The translations under genes and the position numbers were made by a program. Below, one piece after another: positions 35,701-43,855 of a stretch of DNA of 64,000 nt; positions within the stretch are counted from its first letter, which is position 1, and every line of letters begins with the position of its first letter. The notes beneath the pieces were generated by a model. That model was not told the DNA's origin. It worked only from the letters and a program-made list of their open reading frames with translations, and made no database searches. The stretch lies in assembly GCA_002841865.1 (NCBI GenBank), contig PHBD01000001.1:151001-215000 (forward strand), given 5' to 3'. This DNA is from Deltaproteobacteria bacterium HGW-Deltaproteobacteria-19. Its GTDB lineage: Bacteria; Desulfobacterota; Syntrophia; Syntrophales; PHBD01.

Positions 35701-35730
35701 TAACGAGGCCAGACGCGGCAGTCTGTTCAT
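32713..35730 (-). CDS. Periplasmic TPR + putative glycoside hydrolase (clan GH-A-like TIM barrel) protein
   Basis: GGAG RBS at ATG 35730; signal peptide; several TPRs; GVNIG...G.YP, NMIRAYTILPPAFY.AL..YN, GREVE (acid/base-like), PLLIAEYGVPSS (nucleophile-like), GGIVFAWLDEWWK. Confidence 0.75.
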   Translation of the reverse strand: MNRLPRLASLVVISVLMILVFTPSVYSAESLSDRALLLMRKGQPQQAVTLLSTPKAMKDAGLSAIQGWAYMRLNEPDAAETAFRRSIGLKAKQADANCGLGYVQLRRGTPADAIKSFRTGLEYGRTNLDCFAGLAMALEQTGDRTGAKQAAETVLKKDKANELALAVMRRLELTEERPPEDPIRIAIDTYRKGEWDAARTLLKKIVFDGKMNETVLSSLADCHYRLGNLTGASDVYRLMIERGIGADMAKLQLSRIYGVRPDEVQWWQKPSPLTRARPANMQFLYRTKGDYFEYFNGKGWQRAYLVGVNIGPAAPGEYPSTAPRDVAAYLTWFDQIAAMESNMIRAYTILPPAFYTALKIYNEKASRPLWLFQEVWLSEKEDMLDLYNSQWREEFLEEARRIVDLLHGNAVIPYRPGHAAGVYTADVSPYVFAIGPGREVETSIVLTTNRLHPDKTSYKGRYVEVKNGNPSEVWFANTIDYVASYEMDRYNAQRPMTIVNWPPLDPMSHVTEANYAEEMTMRGMHTEKATKEMNDSDAVSLDVMKLTTTSAYPAGLFAAFHVYTYWPDFLMYDKEYPKVSDDLGSNRYYGYLLDLKKHHRGMPLLIAEYGVPSSWGVAHVHPDGWHNGGFSEKAQADLLERMTRNIKDSGCAGGIVFAWLDEWWKSVADNYTRPFDQPPERRTFWQNMLNPEENFGIVGYRPAYTVPLLRGSEKDWEKAVTISAAPSNREGRIRGVRAMSDYAYFYLRIDLDRNSPAIDWKKDAFWVVLSTLPGRAGSRELPKPAPRIADGATFLLKFDHPDRATLLIAEGFNPNHWIKDSVPGGRLIVRKKDIKLRVRDRSSFESMMTQANPPRWGRDGSIFPPVFVNRSELPAGTADPAAPGSSTLAAWHVDSTGTMIEVRIPWGMLYVADPSTHLFYGGTDGQSEPVFTRGGGIGIAALHLSVAGTGLRFQESLPRSGNNRIDSTLPAFTWTDWNEMQVRPYMKPAYDALKKSFRQVLTGIK

Positions 35731-35762
35731 TATTATCTCCAATATCTTTGATTTCATTATAT

Positions 35763-36683
35763 TTACTTGCGGGTGGGATAGTGGTTGATGACGGCATTCC
35801 CGGCCGGAGCAGATCCAGCCATCGGGGACACGTCCGTAAGATTTCTCGTGAGAAGCTGTCCGAACTGCTCTACGGAGAACTGTCCATAAACCGGGTACCT
35901 GCGGATTTTCATGGGACTCATGCCGGGCATGTTCAGTCCCTGATCCGTGGTCACCGTCGTAATGTATCCAGAATCTCTGGCGATGGCCAGTAATTCGTCA
36001 TTATACCAGCCGCTTGGCCAGGAATAATGAACAACCGGGCGTTGGAGTTTTTCTTCCATTACCTTTTTCGCCCCTGCAATTTCGGCCACGACATCCTTCC
36101 GTGAGCGATTCGGAGTCTTCCCCGCGAGCCACGAAATGAGATGATTCCCCGGAATCCATGGGTGTGTGCTTGAATGGCATCCGAAATCAAAGTCCTGGTG
36201 GGATGCAATCTCTGCCAGCTCGGGCCAGGTCAGGAAAGCCGGATAGGAACCGTCGATGTACTCCAGCACGATGAAGAAGGTCGCTTTAAACTTGTATTTT
36301 TTCAGAATCGGTACAGCGTTCTGAACGCTCTTCCATCCGTCATCAAATGTGAGAACGACCGATTTTTCGGGTAGCGATATTCTTCTTTCCATATATGCTT
36401 TAAGATCGTACAGGTCGACGGTCGTATAACCGTTATCCTTTAAGTATTTCATCTGCTCTTCAAAACGGGCGAGATGAGTCAGCGTATGGTCCGGTGTTTC
36501 CGTCGGGTTGTTGGAAATCTTGTGATACATGAGGACAGAGACATTGGCGGGCGTTATGGTCTGGCCGGCTGGAAGATCCTTATCTGCGCACCACCCTTGA
36601 GATATGAAAAGAAAAAGGAAGGCTACAGAATAAATGAAACCACCCCTCTTTTTCCAGTTGCAATCTTTCAAATTTTTGTTCAT
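35763..36683 (-). CDS. Secreted polysaccharide deacetylase (CE4, IcaB/PgaB-like NodB domain)
   Basis: Signal peptide; VLMYHKI, VVLTFDDG, GCHSSTH, YSWPSG motifs. Confidence 0.92.
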   Translation of the reverse strand: MNKNLKDCNWKKRGGFIYSVAFLFLFISQGWCADKDLPAGQTITPANVSVLMYHKISNNPTETPDHTLTHLARFEEQMKYLKDNGYTTVDLYDLKAYMERRISLPEKSVVLTFDDGWKSVQNAVPILKKYKFKATFFIVLEYIDGSYPAFLTWPELAEIASHQDFDFGCHSSTHPWIPGNHLISWLAGKTPNRSRKDVVAEIAGAKKVMEEKLQRPVVHYSWPSGWYNDELLAIARDSGYITTVTTDQGLNMPGMSPMKIRRYPVYGQFSVEQFGQLLTRNLTDVSPMAGSAPAGNAVINHYPTRK

Positions 36684-37176
36684 ATTTAGGCCCCATTCTA
36701 TTATGTTTTTTATCTGCGAACAGAAAACACTTCATTAGGATGTGTTTACCATCCGGGGGTCGTTTTGTCGAGATGAATTGTTTGCAGTGGCCGCAAGGGT
36801 AAATCAAACACATCCGAAATTGACTAGATGTCGTCTCAGCCGACAGGTTGAGTTTTGTTCGCCTGGATCGACAGGAACGGATCGAAATTCTCTTACCAAC
36901 GGCAAGATTCGAAAGAGATCGGATCGATATTTTTTTGCCGGGCATTCCAGCCTGGGCTTCAGAAGCGTGTTCAAGCCCGACGATGTTCTTTCAGGAATGA
37001 AATACCGGATCGTGCAACACTTGGCTTGTAAGAACTGCGAAATTTTTCTGTAAGCTCTTGCGGTGGCGTAACGATTAGATCCTACAACGTTATTTCTTTA
37101 TGCGGTGTGCTGGTTTAGAGGGCAAATATGCGGCGGATTGTTTCTGGAGGACACCAACGAATTATTTAAAAATAGT

Positions 37177-37205
37177 TAGACAAAAGAATCAAAGAGTTGT
37201 ATAGA
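37177..37205 (+). promoter_or_regulatory. Candidate sigma70 promoter for the HEAT-GT2-TPR operon
   Basis: TAGACA-N17-TATAGA, 35 nt upstream of ATG 37240. Confidence 0.55.
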
Positions 37206-37239
37206 ACGCAGTCAAAATCGAAGAGAGGCGGAAGATGAT

Positions 37240-38505
37240 ATGAGTGATTTGCGGTTGATCCTGATCGTCTCTATTTTGTTAGTGTTTTCTTTCGTTCTTG
37301 GCTTTATTCTTGCTTCAGTTTTCCGAAGATACAGGAACGAACGACGTTATTCTCAAATCGACCAACTCAGGGATCGGTTTCGTTCCAAATTGGCGCAAAT
37401 CGACTCAATCACGGCGATAGACCGATTCTCCGTGAGTCAGTGGCAGTCAGCAGTTCGCAAAGGTTCTGTTGAATGGGTCGCTCTTGAAGATGTCATCTTC
37501 GAATTCGCCGAGCGAAAGGGTCAAAAGGCCTTTGCTAGACGTCTTTTTGCCGCGCTCGGTTATACAAAGCATTATCAGGGTCAGTTGTCTCTCCGTTCCG
37601 CCATTGATTTATCGGTAGCGGCCGATAAACTGGGACGGATAGGAGATCCCTCCTCCATGGAAGCCCTGAGCAAACTTCTGGATCATCCCAAATCTGAAGT
37701 ATCCACGGTTGCCTTCCGGGCTCTCTGTCGCATCGGGAAAAGAGATTCCCTCCACCGATTGCTGAATGCGCTCCCAAGATTGATGAAAAATGAGAACATA
37801 TCATCAAAAACGATCCAGACATCCCTTCTCCTCTTTGAACCTTGGGCCAGTGCAACCATCATAGAGTATGCGGGCAAAACAGCGGACCCTAAGATTCTCG
37901 CCCTGCTTGTCGAGACGCTGATCGGTTTTCCTGCACACAAAGAAATGTTCGATCTGGCTATCACCTTGGTTTCTCACTCGGATCCTGAAGTTCGGGGGAA
38001 AGCCCTCCGTCTCCTGGCCCGCGAAGATAATGTATCTTTTTCCTGCGACCCGGCCATCCTTCAGCCCCTTCTCTCGGATCCGGTGTGGTTTGTCCGTCTT
38101 CAGGCTGCAAAGACAATCGGCAGGATAAAGTGTGATAATTTCATGGCAATGCTGAAAAAATTCGCACTTGACGAGAAATGGCAGGTGCGTGATTCCGCAG
38201 CCTTCGCCCTCTCCGAACTTGGCGAGTCTTCCATTGATACCTTCCTCGAACTCATGGAGACACCGGACAAATATGCAAAGGAAAGCATCTGCGAAGAAAT
38301 TCAGCGAAGCGGGTATGTGCTTGGACTCATCGATTATCTTGGAGATCGTGAAAGCGATAGAAAAACAAAGGCTAAACGGATTCTCCAATTGATGCATCAA
38401 CTTGGTTTTTCGGCGCCGCTTCGCGATGCCGTGGAAGCCAATACCAGTTCTCCCCAAGTTCGCTCTGAAATCCAAAGTATCCTGAATGCTGGCGGTGCCC
38501 AATGA
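37240..38505 (+). CDS. HEAT-repeat protein with N-terminal transmembrane helix
   Basis: TM segment LILIVSILLVFSFVLGFILASVF; repeats such as AADKLGRIG, LLDHP..EV...AFRAL, DPEVRGKALRLL, DPVWFVRLQAAKTIG, DEKWQVRDSAAFAL; ATGA overlap with GT2. Confidence 0.88.
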   Translation: MSDLRLILIVSILLVFSFVLGFILASVFRRYRNERRYSQIDQLRDRFRSKLAQIDSITAIDRFSVSQWQSAVRKGSVEWVALEDVIFEFAERKGQKAFARRLFAALGYTKHYQGQLSLRSAIDLSVAADKLGRIGDPSSMEALSKLLDHPKSEVSTVAFRALCRIGKRDSLHRLLNALPRLMKNENISSKTIQTSLLLFEPWASATIIEYAGKTADPKILALLVETLIGFPAHKEMFDLAITLVSHSDPEVRGKALRLLAREDNVSFSCDPAILQPLLSDPVWFVRLQAAKTIGRIKCDNFMAMLKKFALDEKWQVRDSAAFALSELGESSIDTFLELMETPDKYAKESICEEIQRSGYVLGLIDYLGDRESDRKTKAKRILQLMHQLGFSAPLRDAVEANTSSPQVRSEIQSILNAGGAQ

Positions 38506-39932
38506 AAGCGATCCTTTATTCCATCGTTATCGGCTTCAACTACTTCGTCGGTTTCTACTTCGGGTTGGTCAACGCAGTTTATTCCATCCTCCTGGCCATA
38601 GCCCTGGTTGTTATCCTCCGGCATGTCCGCCGAATCCGTTATGCTCCCTTCCGGGATCTCGAAAATCGCTCGGAGATGCCTCCTGTCGCGATTCTGATCC
38701 CTGCCAGAAACGAGCGCAACGTGATTATCCGCACAGTCGAGTCCGTTCGGGCACTCATTTATCCCTGGACGGAAATAGTCGTTATCAACGACGGGTCCAC
38801 GGATGATATGCTGCAAACTCTGATCTCTCACTATAATCTGCGCAGGATTGACCCTCTATACAGGGACATCATCAAGACCAGACCGGTCAAAGGGTTTTAT
38901 TATACCAGCCAGATTCCGAACCTGATCGTCATCGACAAGGAGAATGGAGGCAAGTCGGATGCCCTCAATTGCGGAATCAACGTCTGCAAGAGTCCGTACA
39001 TCTGTACTCTTGATGCAGACTCCGTTTTTGAGCCGGAATCGCTGATTCGACTGGTTACACCGCTTATTCAGAGTACGGTTCCTGTCATCGCCTCCGGCGG
39101 CGTTGTCCGCGTGCTCAACGGTGTAAAGCGTGAAAAAGGGGTTGTAAAATCGATTGAACTTCCTCGATCAAGCTCCCTCGCAATTTTTCAGATTGTCGAA
39201 TATTTGCGAAGTTTCCTCTTCGGCCGGGTCGGCCTGGATGCTTTGAACTGCAATCTGATCCTGTCGGGTGCTTTTTCGCTGTTTCAAAAGGCTGCGGTCA
39301 TCACGGTCGGCGGTTTTCGACTGGGAAACGTGACAGAGGATATGGAATTGGTCATCCGCCTCCACAAGCATTACAGTCTCAAAGGAGATCCCTACGTTAT
39401 CCGCTTCGTTTCCGATCCAATCTGCTGGACGGAGGTTCCCGAAACCCTGAAAATGCTTGGCCGTCAGCGACGTAGATGGCATCTGGGAATGATTCAGAGC
39501 ATCTGGGAACACAAGACGACGATTTTCAACCCAAGATACGGCAGGCTTGGAATGTTCGCGATGCCCTACAATGTTTTTATTGAAATGGTCAGTCCCATCA
39601 TCGAGTTCCTGGGATACATCATTGTCATCATGTCATATATCCTTGGCATGATCGATTATGATTTCTTTATGCTGTTCCTGTTTCTGGCTATCGGTTACGG
39701 GATTTTTCTGTCCACGACCGGCATTTTTCTCGAAGAGCTGACATACCGCCGCTATCCTAAATGGAGTGACCTCTTTGTCATGCTTGCCTACGGGGCATTG
39801 GAGAATTTCGGTTATCGACAGATCAATTCATTCTGGCGATTCTCAGCCTTCTTCCAATTTATCTTTGGCCGGGGTAAATGGGAAACTGTGCGGCATAAAG
39901 GAGAAAAGAAACCTGCCTCAGCGGCGGCTTGA
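38502..39932 (+). CDS. Processive GT2 polysaccharide synthase (PgaC/IcaA-like)
   Basis: N-terminal TM; IPARNE, VINDGSTD, NGGKSDALN, DADS, VTEDMEL, QRRRW (D,D,D,QxxRW); C-terminal TM helices. Confidence 0.92.
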   Translation: MKAILYSIVIGFNYFVGFYFGLVNAVYSILLAIALVVILRHVRRIRYAPFRDLENRSEMPPVAILIPARNERNVIIRTVESVRALIYPWTEIVVINDGSTDDMLQTLISHYNLRRIDPLYRDIIKTRPVKGFYYTSQIPNLIVIDKENGGKSDALNCGINVCKSPYICTLDADSVFEPESLIRLVTPLIQSTVPVIASGGVVRVLNGVKREKGVVKSIELPRSSSLAIFQIVEYLRSFLFGRVGLDALNCNLILSGAFSLFQKAAVITVGGFRLGNVTEDMELVIRLHKHYSLKGDPYVIRFVSDPICWTEVPETLKMLGRQRRRWHLGMIQSIWEHKTTIFNPRYGRLGMFAMPYNVFIEMVSPIIEFLGYIIVIMSYILGMIDYDFFMLFLFLAIGYGIFLSTTGIFLEELTYRRYPKWSDLFVMLAYGALENFGYRQINSFWRFSAFFQFIFGRGKWETVRHKGEKKPASAAA

Positions 39933-40002
39933 TTGCTGAACTGCACAATGGGACAGATCTGTATTTATCATTATTTTAAATAATTTTTTTAAGGAGAAGC
40001 GA

Positions 40003-42177
40003 ATGAAGAAAGTTTCTTTGTTTCTGCTTGTGAGTTTTCTCTGTTGTGTAACAATTGCCTTTGCGGCCGATGCAATCGATGATTTCAATAAACGCCTTGC
40101 CGCCGCGAAAGACAATGTGGAAAAGGCAACTGTACTAAAAGAGATGGGAGATTATTACACAGCAGAGGGGCAACACGAAAAGGCCGCGGACACTTATCTC
40201 AAGGCGTTGCCTGAACTTCGGGACAGGCTGCCGGAAGATCAGTTGACGGATGTGGCAATCGGTCTTTCCTGGGGGGGGAAACTGGAGGCATCTTCCACGG
40301 AATTGCGATCCATCCTGAAGCGAAATCCAAAAAACACAAAAGCGAGAGCACACCTCGCGAAAGTCCTCCTCTGGTCTGAAAAACCGGATGAAGCTCTGGC
40401 AGAAGCCAATGCCGCGCTTGCCATACAAGCCAATGATCGGGATGCTATTCTGGTAAAGGCAGAAGTCCTTCGGATCAAGGACGAGTTGGACGCCGCAATC
40501 TCTATTTATAACGAGCTTCTGAAAGGTGGTGAAGATTTCGACACAAGTCTTGGGCTGGCTTGGGCTTACTTTCAGAAGGGTGATGTTTCCGCATCGCAAA
40601 AAACGATTCCGACTGCAAAGCCTGTCTATCCCTACCAGGAACAGGAACTCAAGAATCTGAACGGTGAAATTCAAAAAGTTCTCGATTCCAGACAGGCGGC
40701 CGTCGCTGCCGTTGGTCCCGAGGCTGATAAGTTGAAGACGGAAGGGGATGTGCTCTCAGAAGCCGAGAAGTACCCGGCCGCCGCGGAGAAATACGTTAAG
40801 GCGCTGGATCTCTCCCGTGGTTTCCCGGTTGCATCCCGCGTGGAGATGGCGACAGTCATGGCCTGGGCTGGAATGCACAAGAGATCCGCCAAGGAATTGG
40901 AAGACGTCATCGCCAAAGATCCATCAAATATGGAAGCGCGTGTCCAATTAACCCAGGTGCTTCTCTGGCAGGGCGAGTTTGATGCGTCCATTCGGCAGGC
41001 CGACATCGTTCTGGCCAAAGATCCAAACAACCGTGAAGCCAACCTTTCGAAGGCGAACGCTCTCCGTTCAAAGGGTTTTTTCCGCAAGGCAGACCAGTAT
41101 TACAAAGCCCTTCTTGCAAAATCGGACGACTTTGATGTTCGCACCGGCCAGACATACGGCTTCCTGGCAAGTGGAAACAAGACCGCTACCGATGATAGCC
41201 TGGCACGCATAAAACCACGAAACAGTGCAGAGGAAAAAGAGCTTTCCGATCTCCGTGCCGAGCGCTTCTGGGAGATGCGTCCCAGGCTCTATGCGGGCAC
41301 CAACTTCTATTATGACAACGACGACAACCGAGTAACGACCCTTTACGGTGGAACCCAGTTCTGGCTCGGCAATTTCAAGACAAACATCGATTACTCCCGA
41401 CTGAGACTGCAAGGGGAAGGTACGGGATTCGACGATAATGGCAATGCAATTGCTCTCGCTACCGGCAAAGAGACCGATTTTGTCCAGCTCTCGACCTATT
41501 CCAGGATGCCTTGGTATGGCGGACTCGGTGGTGGAGTAGGGCTTTCGGACGGCAAGTTCTTCACCTGGCACGGGAAAGCCGATGTGGAAGTGCTTTGGGG
41601 ATCCGCCGGCGTCTATGTTGCAAATGAAACCTTCAACTACCTTACAGACCTCGTCGACAACAACATCAGGGCCATGACCTATCAGGCATGGCTCAACCAG
41701 CGCCCCACAGACCGCATCACCATACTGGGCAGTTTCACTCATCGCGAATATTCGGACAGCAATGGTCAGAATGACACACAGGCGAGCATTGCCTACCTGC
41801 TTTTGAGAAGGCCGTCCGTTTCCGTTGGTTACCAATTCCGCCACATGGATTTCCGCCGTCAGAGCGGAGGCGGCTACTTTGATCCTGATGATTACCAGGC
41901 ACATTCCATCTTTGTGGGTTTCGGCTATTACGAACTGCCGTTTTACATGAACGTCACACCATATGCCGGTTACCAGGATTTCAGTCGCAATGATGAGCAC
42001 TTCAGCGGCATTTTCGGAGGTGTTACCGGCCTTGTTGGATATCGATTCGGTAACCGGGTGGCTGTTGAAGCGACCGGTGAGTGGGGCAATTCGCCCGCCG
42101 GTGGCGGGTCGTCGGCCGGAGCCGGAACCGGGTGGTATTACTGGGTCGGAGGCTTGAGGGTCATCTTTGTTCTCTAG
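40003..42177 (+). CDS. TPR-containing outer-membrane beta-barrel, putative polysaccharide export protein (PgaA/BcsC-like architecture)
   Basis: Signal peptide; about 400 aa of TPRs; C-terminal about 300 aa of alternating aromatic/Gly beta-strands ending WYYWVGGLRVIFVL. Confidence 0.8.
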   Translation: MKKVSLFLLVSFLCCVTIAFAADAIDDFNKRLAAAKDNVEKATVLKEMGDYYTAEGQHEKAADTYLKALPELRDRLPEDQLTDVAIGLSWGGKLEASSTELRSILKRNPKNTKARAHLAKVLLWSEKPDEALAEANAALAIQANDRDAILVKAEVLRIKDELDAAISIYNELLKGGEDFDTSLGLAWAYFQKGDVSASQKTIPTAKPVYPYQEQELKNLNGEIQKVLDSRQAAVAAVGPEADKLKTEGDVLSEAEKYPAAAEKYVKALDLSRGFPVASRVEMATVMAWAGMHKRSAKELEDVIAKDPSNMEARVQLTQVLLWQGEFDASIRQADIVLAKDPNNREANLSKANALRSKGFFRKADQYYKALLAKSDDFDVRTGQTYGFLASGNKTATDDSLARIKPRNSAEEKELSDLRAERFWEMRPRLYAGTNFYYDNDDNRVTTLYGGTQFWLGNFKTNIDYSRLRLQGEGTGFDDNGNAIALATGKETDFVQLSTYSRMPWYGGLGGGVGLSDGKFFTWHGKADVEVLWGSAGVYVANETFNYLTDLVDNNIRAMTYQAWLNQRPTDRITILGSFTHREYSDSNGQNDTQASIAYLLLRRPSVSVGYQFRHMDFRRQSGGGYFDPDDYQAHSIFVGFGYYELPFYMNVTPYAGYQDFSRNDEHFSGIFGGVTGLVGYRFGNRVAVEATGEWGNSPAGGGSSAGAGTGWYYWVGGLRVIFVL

Positions 42178-42237
42178 AGAGAATGACAGATTGGTCTTCC
42201 GTATTCTGCCTTCCGTACGATCACAGTTCCTATCGAT

Positions 42238-43254
42238 ATGACTGGAACTCAGGAACACAGATCAAAGGTCGAAATCTGGAGCCCTGCTCTGCATGATGTT
42301 CTGGAGCTTCTAAAAAACCCCTTTCATCCCGGTGACCGCATCGGCGTCAAGCTTCACTGGGGTGAAAGGGGTAACCGCAGTTTCCTCCCCCCCGATTATG
42401 CGAAAGCCATCATCGACTGGATCCTGAAAAAAGGCGGACATCCCTTTGTTTTTGATACAACAGTTCTTTATTCTGGAAGCCGCCGAAATGGAAAGGATTC
42501 GCTAACAACGGCCTCCCGTCACGGCTATTCTGAAGAATTCCTGGGCTGCCCCGTCCTGATCGCGGACGGTCTCGACGGCCGGGACACCGTTTCCATCCCT
42601 TCCAATTACCGTCACTTCGAAACGGTTCAGGTGGCGAATGTCTTCACACGAGCCGATGGTTTCGTAATTTTTTCCCATTTCAAGGGTCATCTGGCGTCCG
42701 GATTCGGAGGCGCTATCAAGAACCTCTCCATGGGCTTCGCCTCTCGAGCCCAGAAGCAGCGGATGCATGCCGACGTGTCCCCCACATTGGAGGAGTCGCG
42801 CTGCACCAAATGCGGTGTTTGCACTGCAATATGCCCTGTCGGCGCCGCCTGCATGGAAGAAGGGGAGTTTCCAACCTACGATCTCGAAACCTGCATCGGC
42901 TGCGCACAATGCATCGGCGCCTGCCCTGAAGTGGCCCTCCGGATCCTCTGGGATACGGATGAAACGGTCTTTCAGGAAAAACTCGTGGAAACTGCGGCGG
43001 CCGTCTGGCGGATGATTGAAGGCCGGACAATCCTGATCAATGCGCTTCTCAATATTACTGTGGACTGCGACTGCCTTCCCGGAAAGAACCCCTCGATCGC
43101 ATCAGACGCAGGATTCATCACTGGAATCCATCCAGTCGCAATCGACGAGGAGTCGCTCCGGATCATCGGGCCGGAACCTTTCGACAGGGCACATCCCGGA
43201 ACCCCCTGGCGGCGTCAGTTTTCCTATGCCCGGGAAATCGGATTTGCCCAATGA
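42238..43254 (+). CDS. DUF362 domain protein with 2x[4Fe-4S]
   Basis: IGVKLHWGE, SHFKGH...GFGGAIKNLSMG, CTKCGVCTAICP, CIGCAQCIGACP, DCDC. Confidence 0.9.
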   Translation: MTGTQEHRSKVEIWSPALHDVLELLKNPFHPGDRIGVKLHWGERGNRSFLPPDYAKAIIDWILKKGGHPFVFDTTVLYSGSRRNGKDSLTTASRHGYSEEFLGCPVLIADGLDGRDTVSIPSNYRHFETVQVANVFTRADGFVIFSHFKGHLASGFGGAIKNLSMGFASRAQKQRMHADVSPTLEESRCTKCGVCTAICPVGAACMEEGEFPTYDLETCIGCAQCIGACPEVALRILWDTDETVFQEKLVETAAAVWRMIEGRTILINALLNITVDCDCLPGKNPSIASDAGFITGIHPVAIDEESLRIIGPEPFDRAHPGTPWRRQFSYAREIGFAQ

Positions 43255-43273
43255 AGGAGACTTTAACCCATTC

Positions 43274-43855
43274 ATGAAGCAGAAGGAACGGATCCATTCG
43301 AGAAATATCGCCATCGACTGTTACGAGACGCCGGACGGTAAGCTTTTTGTGGAGGCATCCCTCGCGGACGAGAGGTATGTCCCTTTTTTTCTCTACACCG
43401 CCAACCGGGTTCACGATCCCGGGATCATTCACGGCATGACGGCACGGATGACCTTGAGTGTTCCGGATTTGACGATCCTCGATGCCGAGGCGGATATGCC
43501 AACCGTTCCCATCGAAGAATGTACCGAGGCCCGGGATTCTATCCGTCGGCTCGTAGGAATGCGGATACGGGCCGGTTTCACCAATGAAGTGAAACAAATG
43601 CTGGGCAAGAGAGCAGGCTGTCAACACCTGACAAACCTGATCATGACAATGAGCTCTGGTGCCGTACAGGGGCTTTGGACCATCATGAGCCGTCTGCGCG
43701 ATGAAGGATCCGGTCTGAAACAGCATCTGGATCCCGAGCTTCTTCTTGATAGTTGCTGGTTGTGGAGGAGCGATGGCCCTCTCGCAGAGCGGCTCCGTCA
43801 GGCAAGGGAACAGTCAGAGGGAAGGGCGGAAGCGACTTCCCAAAAACCTCTATGA
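43274..43855 (+). CDS. DUF2889 domain protein
   Basis: IHSRNI.I..Y, IHGM, P..EC, L.GM.I..GF, GCQHLTNL, LLDSC; AAGGAG RBS before ATG 43274. Confidence 0.85.
   Translation: MKQKERIHSRNIAIDCYETPDGKLFVEASLADERYVPFFLYTANRVHDPGIIHGMTARMTLSVPDLTILDAEADMPTVPIEECTEARDSIRRLVGMRIRAGFTNEVKQMLGKRAGCQHLTNLIMTMSSGAVQGLWTIMSRLRDEGSGLKQHLDPELLLDSCWLWRSDGPLAERLRQAREQSEGRAEATSQKPL

Noticed and set aside
36901-36935. GGCAAGATTCGAAAGAGATC resembling P2 of a c-di-GMP-I riboswitch upstream of the EPS operon
   Set aside because: The following GACGCAAAGC/P3 and tetraloop-receptor elements are absent. Only an Infernal scan could rescue it.
38502-42177. Identification as NfrB/NfrA, cellulose (bcs) or canonical pgaABCD
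   Set aside because: The GT2 has no MshEN or PilZ extension; there is no BcsB, PgaD or two-domain PgaB; the HEAT partner is not part of those systems.
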